Shown here: in pieces, positions 40,372 through 50,404 of the stretch
Layout: every line of letters starts with the position of its first letter
Position numbering within the stretch: position 1 is the stretch's first letter
From: Bradyrhizobiaceae bacterium
GTDB taxonomy: Bacteria; Pseudomonadota; Alphaproteobacteria; Rhizobiales; Aestuariivirgaceae
Assembly: GCA_947461195.1 (NCBI GenBank)
Contig: CANHIU010000003.1
Coordinates: 1,131 to 65,130, forward strand
Direction: 5' to 3'
Length of the DNA stretch: 64,000 bases
Notes under the pieces: generated by a model
The model's input: only the letters and a program-made list of their open reading frames with translations
Database searches by the model: none
Told to the model about the DNA's origin: nothing
Made by a program: the position numbers and the translations under genes

Positions 40372-40758
40372 ATGAGCAAAGGCAGCGCCCCCTCCCAACG
40401 CCAGCTCCGCGCGGGCGAGCTGATCCGCCACGCGCTGGCGGACATCTTCCTGCGCGGGGAATCGGGTGACCCCGATCTCGAGCGGCTGAATCCGACGGTC
40501 GTCGAGGTGCAGATCTCGCCCGACCTCAAGATCGCCACCGCCTTTGTGCGGACCCTGCAGCCGAACAAGGAAAAGGCGCTGCTCGAGGCGCTAAACCGCA
40601 ACCGGCGCTATATACGGGGCCTTGTGGCACCGAAGCTTGAGATGAAGTTCACCCCCGAGATCCGCTATCGGGTCGATACCGCGCTGGATTATGCCGGCAA
40701 GATCGATGAGCTGCTGCGCAGCCCGGAAGTGGCACGGGATCTCAAGAAGGAAGAGTAA
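40372..40758 (+). CDS. rbfA: Ribosome-binding factor A
   Basis: RQLRAGELIR, V.ISPDLK.A, KFTPE. Confidence 0.95.
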   Translation: MSKGSAPSQRQLRAGELIRHALADIFLRGESGDPDLERLNPTVVEVQISPDLKIATAFVRTLQPNKEKALLEALNRNRRYIRGLVAPKLEMKFTPEIRYRVDTALDYAGKIDELLRSPEVARDLKKEE

Positions 40759-40760
40759 TC

Positions 40761-40904
40761 TTCCCTTCTCCCGTTGCGAAGCAATGGGAGAAGGTGCCCG
40801 CAGGGCGGATGAGGGCCTCTCTCCGCGAGTCCGTCACTTGGAAAGAGGCCCTTATCCGGCCTGTCGGCCACCTTCTCCCATCCCTTCGGGACGGGAGAAG
40901 GGAA
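40761..40904. repeat. CIR/RIME-like palindromic intergenic element (MITE-like)
   Basis: Terminal inverted repeats TTCCCTTCTCCC/GGGAGAAGGGAA, two CCTTCTCCC..GGGAGAAGG hairpins, internal arms CGGATGAGGGCCTCT / AGAGGCCCTTATCCG. Confidence 0.75.
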
Positions 40905-40920
40905 CAAGAATAGAAACAAC

Positions 40921-41835
40921 ATGGCCAAGAAGCAGCGCACCCCCGTCCACGGATGGCTCATCCTCGACAAGCCCTATGGCATGACCTCCACCCAGGCGGT
41001 GGGCAAGGTGCGCTGGCTGTTTAATGCTGAGAAGGCGGGTCACGGCGGTACGCTCGACCCGCTCGCCTCAGGCCTCCTCCCCATCGCGCTGGGGGAGGCG
41101 ACCAAGACCGTCTCCCATGCCATGGATGGCCGGAAAATCTACCGCTTCACCGCCCAATGGGGCGAGGAGCGGACGACGGACGACCTCGAAGGGGAGATTT
41201 CTGCCACCTCCGGGAAGCATCCGTCCCGCGAAGAGATCGAGTCGATACTGCCTCGCTTCACCGGTGAGATCATGCAGGCGCCACCTTCCTTCTCGGCCAT
41301 CAAGGTCGATGGCGAGCGGGCCTATGACCTCGCGCGCGCCGGAGAGGCGGTGGACCTCGCCCCCCGGCCCGTCCTCATCGGGGAACTGAAGCTGGTTACG
41401 GCGGAGGCGGACCATGCCACCTTCGAGGTGACCTGCGGCAAGGGCACCTATATCCGCTCGCTCGCCCGGGACATGGGCCGCGCCCTGGGATCGGCGGCGC
41501 ACGTCTCGATGCTGCGCCGGGTGGCGGTAGGCCCCTTCACCGAAGCCCACATGATTTCGCTGGAAAACCTTGACGATCTCAGCCATAAGGCCCCCGGCGG
41601 AAACGCCATCAACGGGGCTCTGCTCCCCATCGAGACCGTGCTGGACGGCATCCCGGCACTGGCCATTGATGCGGATCAGGCCCGACGCCTGAGACTTGGA
41701 CAACCCGTCCTGCTCAGAGGCGCGAATGCTCCCATCGCGGAAGATGCGGTTCTGGTGACGAGCGGGGGAAAACCCCTCGGCATTGGCCTCATCGAGCAGG
41801 GATCGCTCAAGCCGAAGCGTTTGTTCAACCTGTAA
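40921..41835 (+). CDS. truB: tRNA pseudouridine(55) synthase
   Basis: [32 protein letters not shown]. Confidence 0.97.
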   Translation: MAKKQRTPVHGWLILDKPYGMTSTQAVGKVRWLFNAEKAGHGGTLDPLASGLLPIALGEATKTVSHAMDGRKIYRFTAQWGEERTTDDLEGEISATSGKHPSREEIESILPRFTGEIMQAPPSFSAIKVDGERAYDLARAGEAVDLAPRPVLIGELKLVTAEADHATFEVTCGKGTYIRSLARDMGRALGSAAHVSMLRRVAVGPFTEAHMISLENLDDLSHKAPGGNAINGALLPIETVLDGIPALAIDADQARRLRLGQPVLLRGANAPIAEDAVLVTSGGKPLGIGLIEQGSLKPKRLFNL

Positions 41836-41859
41836 CCATCCATCTATTGGAGATGACCG

Positions 41860-42129
41860 ATGACAATGACCGCCGAGCGCAAGGTCGCTCTCGTGAAGGA
41901 ATATGCCACGAAGCCGGGTGATACCGGCTCGCCCGAAGTCCAGGTTGCGATCCTCACGGAACGCATCAACTACCTGACCGACCACTTCAAGACCCACAAG
42001 AAGGACAACCATTCCCGCCGTGGGCTGCTGACGATGGTGAGCAAGCGCCGTTCGCTTCTCGACTATCTGAAGCGCATTGACGACCAGCGTTACCAGACGC
42101 TCATCAAGCGACTCGAAATCCGCCGCTAA
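41860..42129 (+). CDS. rpsO: 30S ribosomal protein S15
   Basis: [21 protein letters not shown]. Confidence 0.98.
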   Translation: MTMTAERKVALVKEYATKPGDTGSPEVQVAILTERINYLTDHFKTHKKDNHSRRGLLTMVSKRRSLLDYLKRIDDQRYQTLIKRLEIRR

Positions 42130-42299
42130 GCGGGTTCCGGGACCAAGTACGAGCGGGCGGATCACCGAGTAGCCGCCCGCGTCCCCAACACGACGAGTCC
42201 GGCAATAGGGCCGGGCTCCCGAGGCCCAAAGGGGATGCCGTCCACAGTGGTGGTGCACGTTTTTCCAGCGGCGGCGAAGGGCACAAAGGAAAGATCCAC

Positions 42300-44462
42300 A
42301 TGTTCAATATCGACGTTGAAGAAATCCAGTGGGGCGGGCAGACGCTGCGCCTCGAAACCGGCCGCGTGGCCCGTCAGGCCGATGGCTCGGTGTTCGCTTC
42401 CCTCGGTGAGACCACCGTTCTCGCCACCGCCGTTGCCGAGCGTTCGGCAAAGCCGGGGATCGACTTCTTCCCGCTGACCGTCAACTACCAGGAAAAGACC
42501 TATGCCGCGGGCAAGATCCCCGGCGGTTATTTCAAGCGCGAAGGCCGCCCGACCGAGCGCGAGACGCTGATCTCCCGCCTCATCGACCGTCCGATCCGCC
42601 CGCTCTTCGTCGAGGGCTTCCGCAACGAGACGCAGGTCATTGCCACCGTGCTCTCCTATGACCTCGAGAACGACACCGACATCCTCGCCCTCGTGGCGTC
42701 GTCGGCCGCGCTCACCATCTCCGGCATCCCCTTCATGGGCCCGGTTGGCGCAGCGCGCGTTGGCTACATCAACGGCGAATATGTGCTGAACCCCACGATC
42801 GAGCAGCAGAAGCTCTCGGCCCTCGACCTCGTGGTCGCAGGCACCCAGGACGCGGTGCTGATGGTCGAGTCGGAAGCCAAGGAACTCTCGGAAGAGATCA
42901 TGCTCGGCGCCGTCATGTTCGGCCACCGCGGATTCCAGCCGGTGATCGAGGCGATCATCCGCCTGGCCGAGCGGTCCTCGCGTGAGCCGCGTGACTTCAC
43001 GCCACCGGACGAGACTTCGCTCTACAACCAGGTCAAGGCGATTGCCGAGGCGGACGTCCGCGCGGCCTATGCCATCCCCGCCAAGGAAGCGCGCCACGAA
43101 GCCGTCGCCAAGGCGAAGGACAAGGTGATGTCCACCCTCACGGGTGCTGACAAGACCGACGCCCCGCCCGCCAACAAGATCGGCGAGGCCTTCAAGCACC
43201 TCGAGAAGGACGTCGTGCGTAACGACATCCTCGACACCGGCCGCCGCATCGACGGCCGCGACACCAAGACGGTCCGCCAGATCATCGCGGAAGCGAGCGT
43301 GCTGCCGCGCACCCATGGTTCAGCACTGTTCACCCGCGGCGAGACGCAGGCGCTGGTCGTCACCACGCTGGGCACCGGCGAGGACGAGCAGTACATCGAC
43401 TCGCTCGACGGCACGAGCAAGGGCACCTTCATGCTGCACTATAATTTCCCGCCCTTCTCGGTCGGTGAAACGGGCCGCATGGGCGCCACCGGCCGCCGCG
43501 AAATCGGCCATGGCAAGCTCGCCTGGCGCGCCATCCACCCGCTGCTGCCCGCCACCGACCAGTTCCCCTACACGATCCGTGTCGTGTCTGAGATCACCGA
43601 GTCGAACGGCTCGTCCTCCATGGCCTCCGTCTGTGGCGCCTCGCTGTCCCTCATGGACGCTGGCGTTCCGCTGAAGGCGCCCTGCGCCGGCATCGCCATG
43701 GGCCTGATCAAGGAAGGCGAGCGCTATGCGGTGCTCTCCGACATCCTGGGCGATGAGGATCACCTGGGCGACATGGACTTCAAGGTGGCCGGAACCAGCG
43801 AAGGCATCACCTCGCTGCAGATGGACATCAAGATCACCGGCATCACCGAGGAGATCATGAAGATCGCGCTGTGGCAGGCCAAGGACGGCCGTCTCCACAT
43901 CCTGTCCAAGATGTCGGAAGCCCTGACCGGCGCGCGAGCCTCCCTCGGCGAGCACGCGCCGCGCATCGAGACGCTGAAGATCCCCACCGACAAGATCCGC
44001 GAAGTGATCGGCACCGGCGGCAAGGTCATCCGCGAGATCGTTGAGAAGACCGGCGCCAAGATCGACATCCAGGACGATGGCACCGTAAAGGTCGCCTCTT
44101 CCTCCGGCACGGCCATCGAGGCCGCGCTCAAGTGGATCAGGTCCATCGTGATGGAGCCGGAAGTTGGCGAAATCTATGACGGCAAGGTCGTCAAGGTCGT
44201 CGACTTCGGCGCCTTCGTGAACTTCTTCGGCGCGCGTGACGGTCTTGTGCACGTCTCGGAACTGGCATCGAAGCGGGTCAACAAGGTCTCCGACGTCGTC
44301 AACGAAGGCGACACCGTCAAGGTCAAGCTTCTCGGCTTCGACAATCGCGGCAAGGTACGCCTCTCGATGAAGCAGGTTGACCAGGCGACGGGTGAAGACA
44401 TCTCAAAGAAGCAGGGCTCGGACGAAGGTTCTGCCGACGACGGCGCGCCGCAGGGCGAGTGA
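42300..44462 (+). CDS. pnp: Polyribonucleotide nucleotidyltransferase
   Basis: [37 protein letters not shown] and S1 domains. Confidence 0.98.
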   Translation: MFNIDVEEIQWGGQTLRLETGRVARQADGSVFASLGETTVLATAVAERSAKPGIDFFPLTVNYQEKTYAAGKIPGGYFKREGRPTERETLISRLIDRPIRPLFVEGFRNETQVIATVLSYDLENDTDILALVASSAALTISGIPFMGPVGAARVGYINGEYVLNPTIEQQKLSALDLVVAGTQDAVLMVESEAKELSEEIMLGAVMFGHRGFQPVIEAIIRLAERSSREPRDFTPPDETSLYNQVKAIAEADVRAAYAIPAKEARHEAVAKAKDKVMSTLTGADKTDAPPANKIGEAFKHLEKDVVRNDILDTGRRIDGRDTKTVRQIIAEASVLPRTHGSALFTRGETQALVVTTLGTGEDEQYIDSLDGTSKGTFMLHYNFPPFSVGETGRMGATGRREIGHGKLAWRAIHPLLPATDQFPYTIRVVSEITESNGSSSMASVCGASLSLMDAGVPLKAPCAGIAMGLIKEGERYAVLSDILGDEDHLGDMDFKVAGTSEGITSLQMDIKITGITEEIMKIALWQAKDGRLHILSKMSEALTGARASLGEHAPRIETLKIPTDKIREVIGTGGKVIREIVEKTGAKIDIQDDGTVKVASSSGTAIEAALKWIRSIVMEPEVGEIYDGKVVKVVDFGAFVNFFGARDGLVHVSELASKRVNKVSDVVNEGDTVKVKLLGFDNRGKVRLSMKQVDQATGEDISKKQGSDEGSADDGAPQGE

Positions 44463-44486
44463 TCATCTTCGACAGATGAAATTTGG

Positions 44487-44520
44487 GGCGCGGGTGGCAA
44501 CACCCGCGCCTTTTGCTTTT
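44487..44520 (+). terminator. Rho-independent terminator of pnp
   Basis: GGCGCGGGTG-GCAA-CACCCGCGCC followed by TTTTGCTTTT. Confidence 0.9.
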
Positions 44521-44633
44521 TGATTGCAAAACTCTCCCAAACGGCGCGAGCCCTCTGCGGCAAATCATGCAAGTGTTCGGCGTCCGAAACCGGACACGAC
44601 AGCAGAGTGCAGATGTGTCGAAGGGAGAATAAC

Positions 44634-45119
44634 ATGAAAGGTTCCGTACCGGGTCTTGTAAGTTTGGCCGCAGTCGCGCTGGCCAGCACCGCGGCAGGCG
44701 CGGGCGAAGTTTCCGTGAAGCGGGGCGCGCAGGTGGCGGTCACCGCCGGCTGCCATGATTGCCATACGGCTGGCTATGCCGAGTCGGGCGGCAAGATCGA
44801 TCCCGCTGCAGCGCTCAAGGGCGTGGGTCTCGGCTGGCAGGGCCCGTGGGGCACGACCTATGCGGCAAACCTCCGTCTGATTGCCAAGGAAAACGGCAGC
44901 GAGGACGCCTTCCTCACCTATGCCAAGAATCTCCAGGCCCGCCCGCCCATGCCCTTCTTCAATGTCCATGCAATGGACGAGAGCGACATCCGCTCGCTCT
45001 ATCAGTACATCGTCTCGCTCGGCGAAGCGGGCGATCACGCGCCGGAATATGTTCCGCCCGGTGAGGAGCCCAAGACCCCCTACATCGTGATCGCGCCGCC
45101 GATCATGCCCAAGGGGTGA
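44634..45119 (+). CDS. Periplasmic monoheme cytochrome c
   Basis: Signal peptide; CHDCH heme motif; WGTTYAANLR, PPMP; GGGAG SD. Confidence 0.88.
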   Translation: MKGSVPGLVSLAAVALASTAAGAGEVSVKRGAQVAVTAGCHDCHTAGYAESGGKIDPAAALKGVGLGWQGPWGTTYAANLRLIAKENGSEDAFLTYAKNLQARPPMPFFNVHAMDESDIRSLYQYIVSLGEAGDHAPEYVPPGEEPKTPYIVIAPPIMPKG

Positions 45120-45151
45120 TACGAGCTTCCCAATTTCCCAAATTGCCTACT

Positions 45152-45186
45152 CTCACCTCACCCGGGTCAAGCCCGGGTGAGGTGAG
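45152..45186. repeat. REP-like 15-bp-stem hairpin / bidirectional terminator
   Basis: CTCACCTCACCCGGG-TCAAG-CCCGGGTGAGGTGAG perfect stem between convergent genes. Confidence 0.7.
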
Positions 45187-45202
45187 TATATTGCGCGGCG
45201 TC

Positions 45203-45688
45203 TTACTTGCTCGGCAGCAGAACGGTGTCGATCACGTGGATGATGCCATTGTCCGTCATGATGTCGGCCTTGATGACGGTGGCGTTGTCCACCGTCACGC
45301 CGCCAGCACCCTTGGTGATGGCCAGCGTACGGTCCGGCTTGGCCTTCAGCGTGCGCACGTGGAAGGGGCCCGCGAGCATCTGGTTGGAGGCGAGTTTGCG
45401 CGGCAGCACGTGATAGGTGAGGATGGCGGCCAGCTGGTCCTTGTTCTCGGGCTTCAGCAGGTTCTCGACCGTGCCGGCGGGCAGCTTGGCAAAGGCCTCG
45501 TCGGTCGGCGCGAAGACGGTGATGTTCTGGGTCGTCGCCAGCGCAGGTGCAAGATCAGCGGCCTGTGCGGCGGCCAGAAGGGTCTTGAAGGTGCCGGCCA
45601 GGCTGGCCGTCTCGACGACATTGTTAGCAGAGGCCGAGGCCGCGCCGAGGAGAAGCGATACGGCTGAGGCAAGAACAAGCTTGTGCAT
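45203..45688 (-). CDS. Secreted fasciclin (FAS1) domain protein, paralog 2
   Basis: Signal peptide; [27 protein letters not shown] shared with the 17994 gene; NGIIHVID. Confidence 0.93.
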   Translation of the reverse strand: MHKLVLASAVSLLLGAASASANNVVETASLAGTFKTLLAAAQAADLAPALATTQNITVFAPTDEAFAKLPAGTVENLLKPENKDQLAAILTYHVLPRKLASNQMLAGPFHVRTLKAKPDRTLAITKGAGGVTVDNATVIKADIMTDNGIIHVIDTVLLPSK

Positions 45689-45747
45689 GGAATACTCCGG
45701 CTGGGGTTGTCATTCACGTGGTCCCTTGGGGCCGCCGTCTCACCCAG

Positions 45748-45773
45748 AACGTGTGTCTGTTTGCCGCGGATTG
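45748..45773 (-). promoter_or_regulatory. Putative ECF sigma promoter of fasciclin gene 2 (CAATCC-N16-CGTT)
   Basis: Same geometry as 17932-17957. Confidence 0.5.
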
Positions 45774-45807
45774 CGGCCACACTTCACGATTTCGTGATAG
45801 GGCGGCC

Positions 45808-46812
45808 TCAGGGGCCGGGCCGCAGCCCCTTTTTCTCCGCATAGGCGAGGCACTCCGCCCAGGGGCGGATGCTGGCACTGGTCGTGGGCGAATGCAGCGA
45901 GGTGGCAGCCGCCGCATTGCCAAGGTCAAGGCAGCGGTCCAGCGGCCAGTCCTCATGAAGCCCGAGGAGTACCCCCGCATAGAAGGCATCGCCCGCGCCG
46001 ACGGAGCCCGCGATTTCCGGCTGCTCGACCTTCACCGAGGGCCGCATCGCCACTTCGCCATTGCGTCGCATCGCAACCGCGCCATCCGGATGGTGCACGC
46101 CCGCCAGCTCTCCCACGCCCATGTCGAGAAGCCTGCGGCAGGCGGCTTCGGCGGCCGTCCAGGACAGTCGCCCACCAGGCGCAATCTCGATCCCTGTGAT
46201 ACTGCCTGCCTCGTAGTCATTGACGACGAAGTAGTCGCACAACGGCAGGCAAGGCGGCACTTGATGGCGCAAGATGTCTGCCGGAACCGGACAGAGTTCG
46301 AGGCAGGTCTTCATGCCGCGTTCGCGGGCGGCATTCAGAAGTGTTCGCCAGCCATCGCTTTGGTCCAGCCCGCGCGCCACGCCGGGGCTTCCGAGATAGT
46401 AGAGCTTTGCGGTGCTGTCCTCGGGCGGCAGCAGGTGGCTGACATTCATCAGATTGTTGCAGCCCAGCTGCGCGAAGAAGGTGCGCCGCCCGGTGTCGAG
46501 GCATGACATGACATGGGTGTGGCTGGTGATGGCGCCGGGGATGATGCTCACGCGTGACGTGTCGAGGCCATGGCCCCTGGCACTTGCCAGCATGATCTCG
46601 CCATAGGCATCATCGCCCGCCGTGGCGAGCAGCGTTACCGGAAACTCCGCACCGAGCTTGAGGAGGCCAGCACCCGCATTGTGTGGCGGCCCCCCTGCTG
46701 CGTGCTCGGTGCGGTCGATGAAGGCCAGGGCCTCCTCGTTCGGCCAGTGATCGATCAGGTGCACGATGTCGAGCACCACGATGCCGGCGAGGACAATGCC
46801 CCGCCTGGTCAT
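45808..46812 (-). CDS. PfkB-family carbohydrate kinase
   Basis: AGGPPHNAG, NDYEA, VGAGDAF. Confidence 0.92.
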   Translation of the reverse strand: MTRRGIVLAGIVVLDIVHLIDHWPNEEALAFIDRTEHAAGGPPHNAGAGLLKLGAEFPVTLLATAGDDAYGEIMLASARGHGLDTSRVSIIPGAITSHTHVMSCLDTGRRTFFAQLGCNNLMNVSHLLPPEDSTAKLYYLGSPGVARGLDQSDGWRTLLNAARERGMKTCLELCPVPADILRHQVPPCLPLCDYFVVNDYEAGSITGIEIAPGGRLSWTAAEAACRRLLDMGVGELAGVHHPDGAVAMRRNGEVAMRPSVKVEQPEIAGSVGAGDAFYAGVLLGLHEDWPLDRCLDLGNAAAATSLHSPTTSASIRPWAECLAYAEKKGLRPGP

Positions 46813-47804
46813 TTTCCGTAGCCTTCGAGCGCGGCCTCGGTGACTTTCATGTCGTCTTCCAGCGCGCGCTTGGGCTTCAGCTTCTTCTTGGCCAGCGTCG
46901 CGTGATAGCTCTTCACAGCCTCAGCCGTCGTCAGCTTGCTTTCGATCACCGGGCGGAACAGCGCCACGAGGTCGAGCGGGCTTTCGGCCAGGTTGATCTT
47001 GCGGCCGAAGAGGGCAACGCGCGCGCCGCTCTTTTCGCCCTGTGACAGAAGCTCGAAGCAATCACGCGTCGTGCCCGCAGAGCCGCCGAGGATGCCGATG
47101 ACGAGCCCCGGATCATGGCTTGCCAGCTCCTCCATCGCCTTCCTTCCATTGAACGGCATCTTGAGGAACAGCGGGCGCTCCACCGCCGCGACACCGGCCA
47201 GCACGCGCATGATCATGTCGTTCACGTAGAAGGGCATCACTTTCGGGTCGAGGCCCTTCGGCGCATTGGGATTGAAGACCTCGAGGAAGTGGCGGAACTT
47301 GTGGTGCACCGCATCCTCACGGAAGGCGCGGTAGGCCTCAACCGTCGCATAGTCATGGTCGAGGTCGTTGTTGAAGGTGACGGAGTAGAGGCCCAGGTCG
47401 CAGAATTTGGCGACATGCTTGAGGTTCGCCGTGCGCCAGGGCCGTGACATTTCCTTCGCATAGCTTGCACCGCGCGGCAGCCAGATGTCGGTCGTATCAT
47501 TGGCGCGGATCGCGGGGGTGACGCCCGTCTTGTCGAACACGCCCTCTTCGACGAGCGGCTCGATGTTGGCAACCGCACCCAGCATCACGTCCATCTGCTT
47601 CTGGCGGACGATGTCGCGGATCGACTGGCGGAAGTCCGGGATGGAACGGTGCGGGCCCGACTGGTCGAGGTAGTTGACAGCACCCGTGCCCTTGACGCCG
47701 AAGGCATAGTCCGGGTCCTTTGCATCGGCGAGGATGAAGTCCGCGGGCTTGTACTTGCCCGCGGCGATGGTCTTGAGCTTCTTGTCGAGCGATTTCACGG
47801 GCAT
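46809..47804 (-). CDS. Uncharacterised TIM-barrel protein, class I aldolase-like
   Basis: 331 aa; FLKMP (candidate Schiff-base Lys), ILGG, FGRK resemble DeoC/LacD/FbaB strand motifs; ATGA overlap with pfkB. Confidence 0.6.
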   Translation of the reverse strand: MPVKSLDKKLKTIAAGKYKPADFILADAKDPDYAFGVKGTGAVNYLDQSGPHRSIPDFRQSIRDIVRQKQMDVMLGAVANIEPLVEEGVFDKTGVTPAIRANDTTDIWLPRGASYAKEMSRPWRTANLKHVAKFCDLGLYSVTFNNDLDHDYATVEAYRAFREDAVHHKFRHFLEVFNPNAPKGLDPKVMPFYVNDMIMRVLAGVAAVERPLFLKMPFNGRKAMEELASHDPGLVIGILGGSAGTTRDCFELLSQGEKSGARVALFGRKINLAESPLDLVALFRPVIESKLTTAEAVKSYHATLAKKKLKPKRALEDDMKVTEAALEGYGK

Positions 47805-47908
47805 GTTTCCTGCAGGTTGTCTCCCGCCATCTCTAACCACACCCGCTGTGCCGGACAACGCCATTGTTGGGCTTTTCCTTCGCGCCATGCCGGTGCAGGA
47901 TAGGGGGC

Positions 47909-48613
47909 ATGACAAATCTCGTGATGATCCCCGCCTTCGGCTGTGACGAGCGGCTCTACGCCGCGATCACGGCGCTTCTGCCCTCCAACGTCCTCACCTC
48001 GACCATCCTCTGCGACGGCGCCAGTTTCGCCCAGTGCGTGGCGCAGGTGCTGGCCCAGGCTCCGCATGAATTCGTCATCCTCGGCACCTCCTTCGGGGGC
48101 CGCGTGGCGCTGGAAACCGCACTGGCGGCACCTGAGCGCGTGAAGGGGCTGGTGGTGATCGGCTCAGGCCCCGGCCCGGTGGCGGATCCGCGTGCCGGAT
48201 TGCGCCGCTCCGAACGCCTGCGTGCGGGCGAGGCGGAGCAGGTGGCAGCCGAAATGGGCGACATGATCTGCCACATGGATGGCCCCAATGGCCCCGCCAC
48301 GCGGCAAGCCTTTGTCGACATGTGCGCCGATGTCGGGCCGGGCGTGATGACGCGCCAGTCGGACGCGCTGGCACACCGCGCCGACCTCCGCCCGCGCCTG
48401 GGCGAGGTTGCCTGCCCGGCGCTGCTCTTGTGGGGGATCCACGACAAGTTCTCGCCCGCCGCGGACGGCCTCAAGATGGCGGCCGCAATGCCCAGGGGCC
48501 GCTATGTGGACATCGCTGAGTGCGGCCATTTCCCCAGCCTTGAATATCCGGAGGAAACGGCTGCCGCCATCGACCACTGGATGGAAGACATGGGCCTCGC
48601 CCTTAGGGCTTGA
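47909..48613 (+). CDS. Alpha/beta hydrolase
   Basis: GTSFGG nucleophile elbow, WGxHD, GHFP. Confidence 0.88.
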   Translation: MTNLVMIPAFGCDERLYAAITALLPSNVLTSTILCDGASFAQCVAQVLAQAPHEFVILGTSFGGRVALETALAAPERVKGLVVIGSGPGPVADPRAGLRRSERLRAGEAEQVAAEMGDMICHMDGPNGPATRQAFVDMCADVGPGVMTRQSDALAHRADLRPRLGEVACPALLLWGIHDKFSPAADGLKMAAAMPRGRYVDIAECGHFPSLEYPEETAAAIDHWMEDMGLALRA

Positions 48614-49508
48614 GGCTCGCGAGATACGCGCCGATGGCCTTGATGTCGTCCTCGGGAAGCTTGGAGATGTTGGTCTGCACCTGGCCCATGCCGCCGGAGG
48701 AGAGCTTGTCGTAGCCCATCACCTCGCCATATTGCAGGGCTGAGGCAAGGTCCGCCGCATCCTTGTAACGGCCGCGCTCGATGAGGCCGACGAGGCTCGG
48801 CACGCGGCCCTTGCCCTCCGGATGGGGGCCGCCGGCAAAGGCCTGGGACGTATCGAGACCCATGAAGGCGTTACGCGGCGTGTGGCACTCGGCGCAGTGG
48901 CCGGGCCCGTTCACGAGATAAGAGCCGCGGTTCCAGCTCTCGGACTGCGAGGGGTCGGGCTTCCACGGCGAGGTATCAAAAGCTACCTGCTTCCACAGGC
49001 CGACGCCGCGCCGCACAATGGGCTGGAGCATGATCTCCGCCGGCCGCTCCGGCGAGACGACGGGGGGAAGGGTCTTCAGATAGGCGAGAATGTCGAGAAC
49101 GTCCCCGGGCTTCATGTGCACATAGGAAGTATAGGGCAGGGCGGGGATCAGGTGCCGGCCCTCGGGCGAGATGCCGCGCTGGACGGCATTGAGGAAATCG
49201 AGGTCCGACCATTTGCCGATGCCCGTTTCGGGATCGGGCGTCAGGTTGATGGGGTAGAGGGTGCCGGCGGGTGTGTGGAAGGGCGCGCCGCCTGCGGGCA
49301 CGGTCTTCTCGACGTTGGCGAGGTCGGGAGAGGGCTGGTGGCAGGAGATGCAGCCGGCGGCATGATAGAGCCTCTCGCCATTCTCCACGTCAGGCTGGTG
49401 CTGGGGAATGTCAGTGGCCGTCAGCGGCTGAGGTGCGCTGAGCCACCAGAAAACGCTCAGCCCCAGCGCTGCGACGAGCGCCAGGGCGAGGCCGGTCTTG
49501 GGAGACAA
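48603..49508 (-). CDS. Membrane-anchored diheme cytochrome c
   Basis: N-terminal TM; CISCH and CAECH; NLTPDPETGIG; TTG start uncertain. Confidence 0.88.
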   Translation of the reverse strand: MSPKTGLALALVAALGLSVFWWLSAPQPLTATDIPQHQPDVENGERLYHAAGCISCHQPSPDLANVEKTVPAGGAPFHTPAGTLYPINLTPDPETGIGKWSDLDFLNAVQRGISPEGRHLIPALPYTSYVHMKPGDVLDILAYLKTLPPVVSPERPAEIMLQPIVRRGVGLWKQVAFDTSPWKPDPSQSESWNRGSYLVNGPGHCAECHTPRNAFMGLDTSQAFAGGPHPEGKGRVPSLVGLIERGRYKDAADLASALQYGEVMGYDKLSSGGMGQVQTNISKLPEDDIKAIGAYLASLKP

Positions 49509-49519
49509 AAGGCGCAGGC

Positions 49520-49972
49520 TCAGTCCGCCTCGCGATACTTTTCGTGGCAGGCCTTGCAGGTACCACCCAGCGCGGGGAAGGCAGCCTTGAATGCGGCCTC
49601 ATCGGCGGTGGCCTTCAATTCCTCCTTGGCCTTCACATATGACATGGTGGCGGCATCGAAGCCCGCGCGGTCTGACCAGATCTCGAGCTTGGCCTCGGTC
49701 TTCACCGCACCGCCCGGCTTGGAATCATCGGGAAACGAATCTGACCAGCTGGCGCAGGCGGCCTGCGTCTTGGTGATCGCATCGTCGATCGCCGCCTTGT
49801 CATAGGCAGCTTCGCCCTTGATGATCGGCACCATCACTTTCATCATGCCGGCGTTGGCCTTCATGCAGGCCTGGCGCGCCTCGATTGGTCCCATCTCGGC
49901 CATGGCCGCAGACGAGAGCCCGAACGACAGCGTTGCCGCCGTAAACAGGCCCCAAATTCCCCTGGACATCAT
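49520..49972 (-). CDS. Cytochrome c' / c-556 (class II)
   Basis: Signal peptide; RQACMK, AK.EIW, C-terminal CKACH. Confidence 0.9.
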   Translation of the reverse strand: MMSRGIWGLFTAATLSFGLSSAAMAEMGPIEARQACMKANAGMMKVMVPIIKGEAAYDKAAIDDAITKTQAACASWSDSFPDDSKPGGAVKTEAKLEIWSDRAGFDAATMSYVKAKEELKATADEAAFKAAFPALGGTCKACHEKYREAD

Positions 49973-50172
49973 AGGTGCTTTCCCTCCGCATTGGGTGTTG
50001 AAGTTCAGAGACGGCAGATTACGCACGTATTCTGTACCTTATTCAATCACAATTTGGTGTACATTCGATCGCTGCCCGCAACTCATTGTTCAGCTTGCCT
50101 GAATTCTGCCCGGGTCAAGCCTCGCTGTTGCCTCAGGCGAGCGCCATTGAAGAGCGGGATGGATGTCTGTCC

Positions 50173-50187
50173 TTAGGATGTCCTTAA
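50173..50187. promoter_or_regulatory. CtrA-like box (TTAG-N7-TTAA)
   Basis: One mismatch to TTAA-N7-TTAA, 35 nt upstream of the small ORF. Confidence 0.4.
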
Positions 50188-50222
50188 TCCCACAACCCTA
50201 GAATGAACTTCCAAACAACAGG

Positions 50223-50378
50223 ATGACAGTACCGGTGACACGATCTCAGACGAAGGCACCCAAGCTATCGCCGGCGGACAAGCGCAAGGCGGTATTGAGC
50301 CCTGAACTCCGCGAAGTGCTGCACATGCTGAAGTCGCTCGAGGCGGAACTCGCCACGCGGCAGGCGTCGTCCAGTTGA
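50223..50378 (+). CDS. Small hypothetical protein, 51 aa (below ORF-track cutoff)
   Basis: MTVPVTRSQTKAPKLSPADKRKAVLSPELREVLHMLKSLEAELATRQASSS; GC3-rich codons; helical C-half; terminator follows. Confidence 0.5.
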   Translation: MTVPVTRSQTKAPKLSPADKRKAVLSPELREVLHMLKSLEAELATRQASSS

Positions 50379-50404
50379 TCCCCCGCTGAAAGACCAGGCA
50401 GACC

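Noticed and set aside
44520-44533. TTGAT upstream of the cytochrome c gene as an FNR/FixK half-site
   Set aside because: No ATCAA second half at N4 spacing
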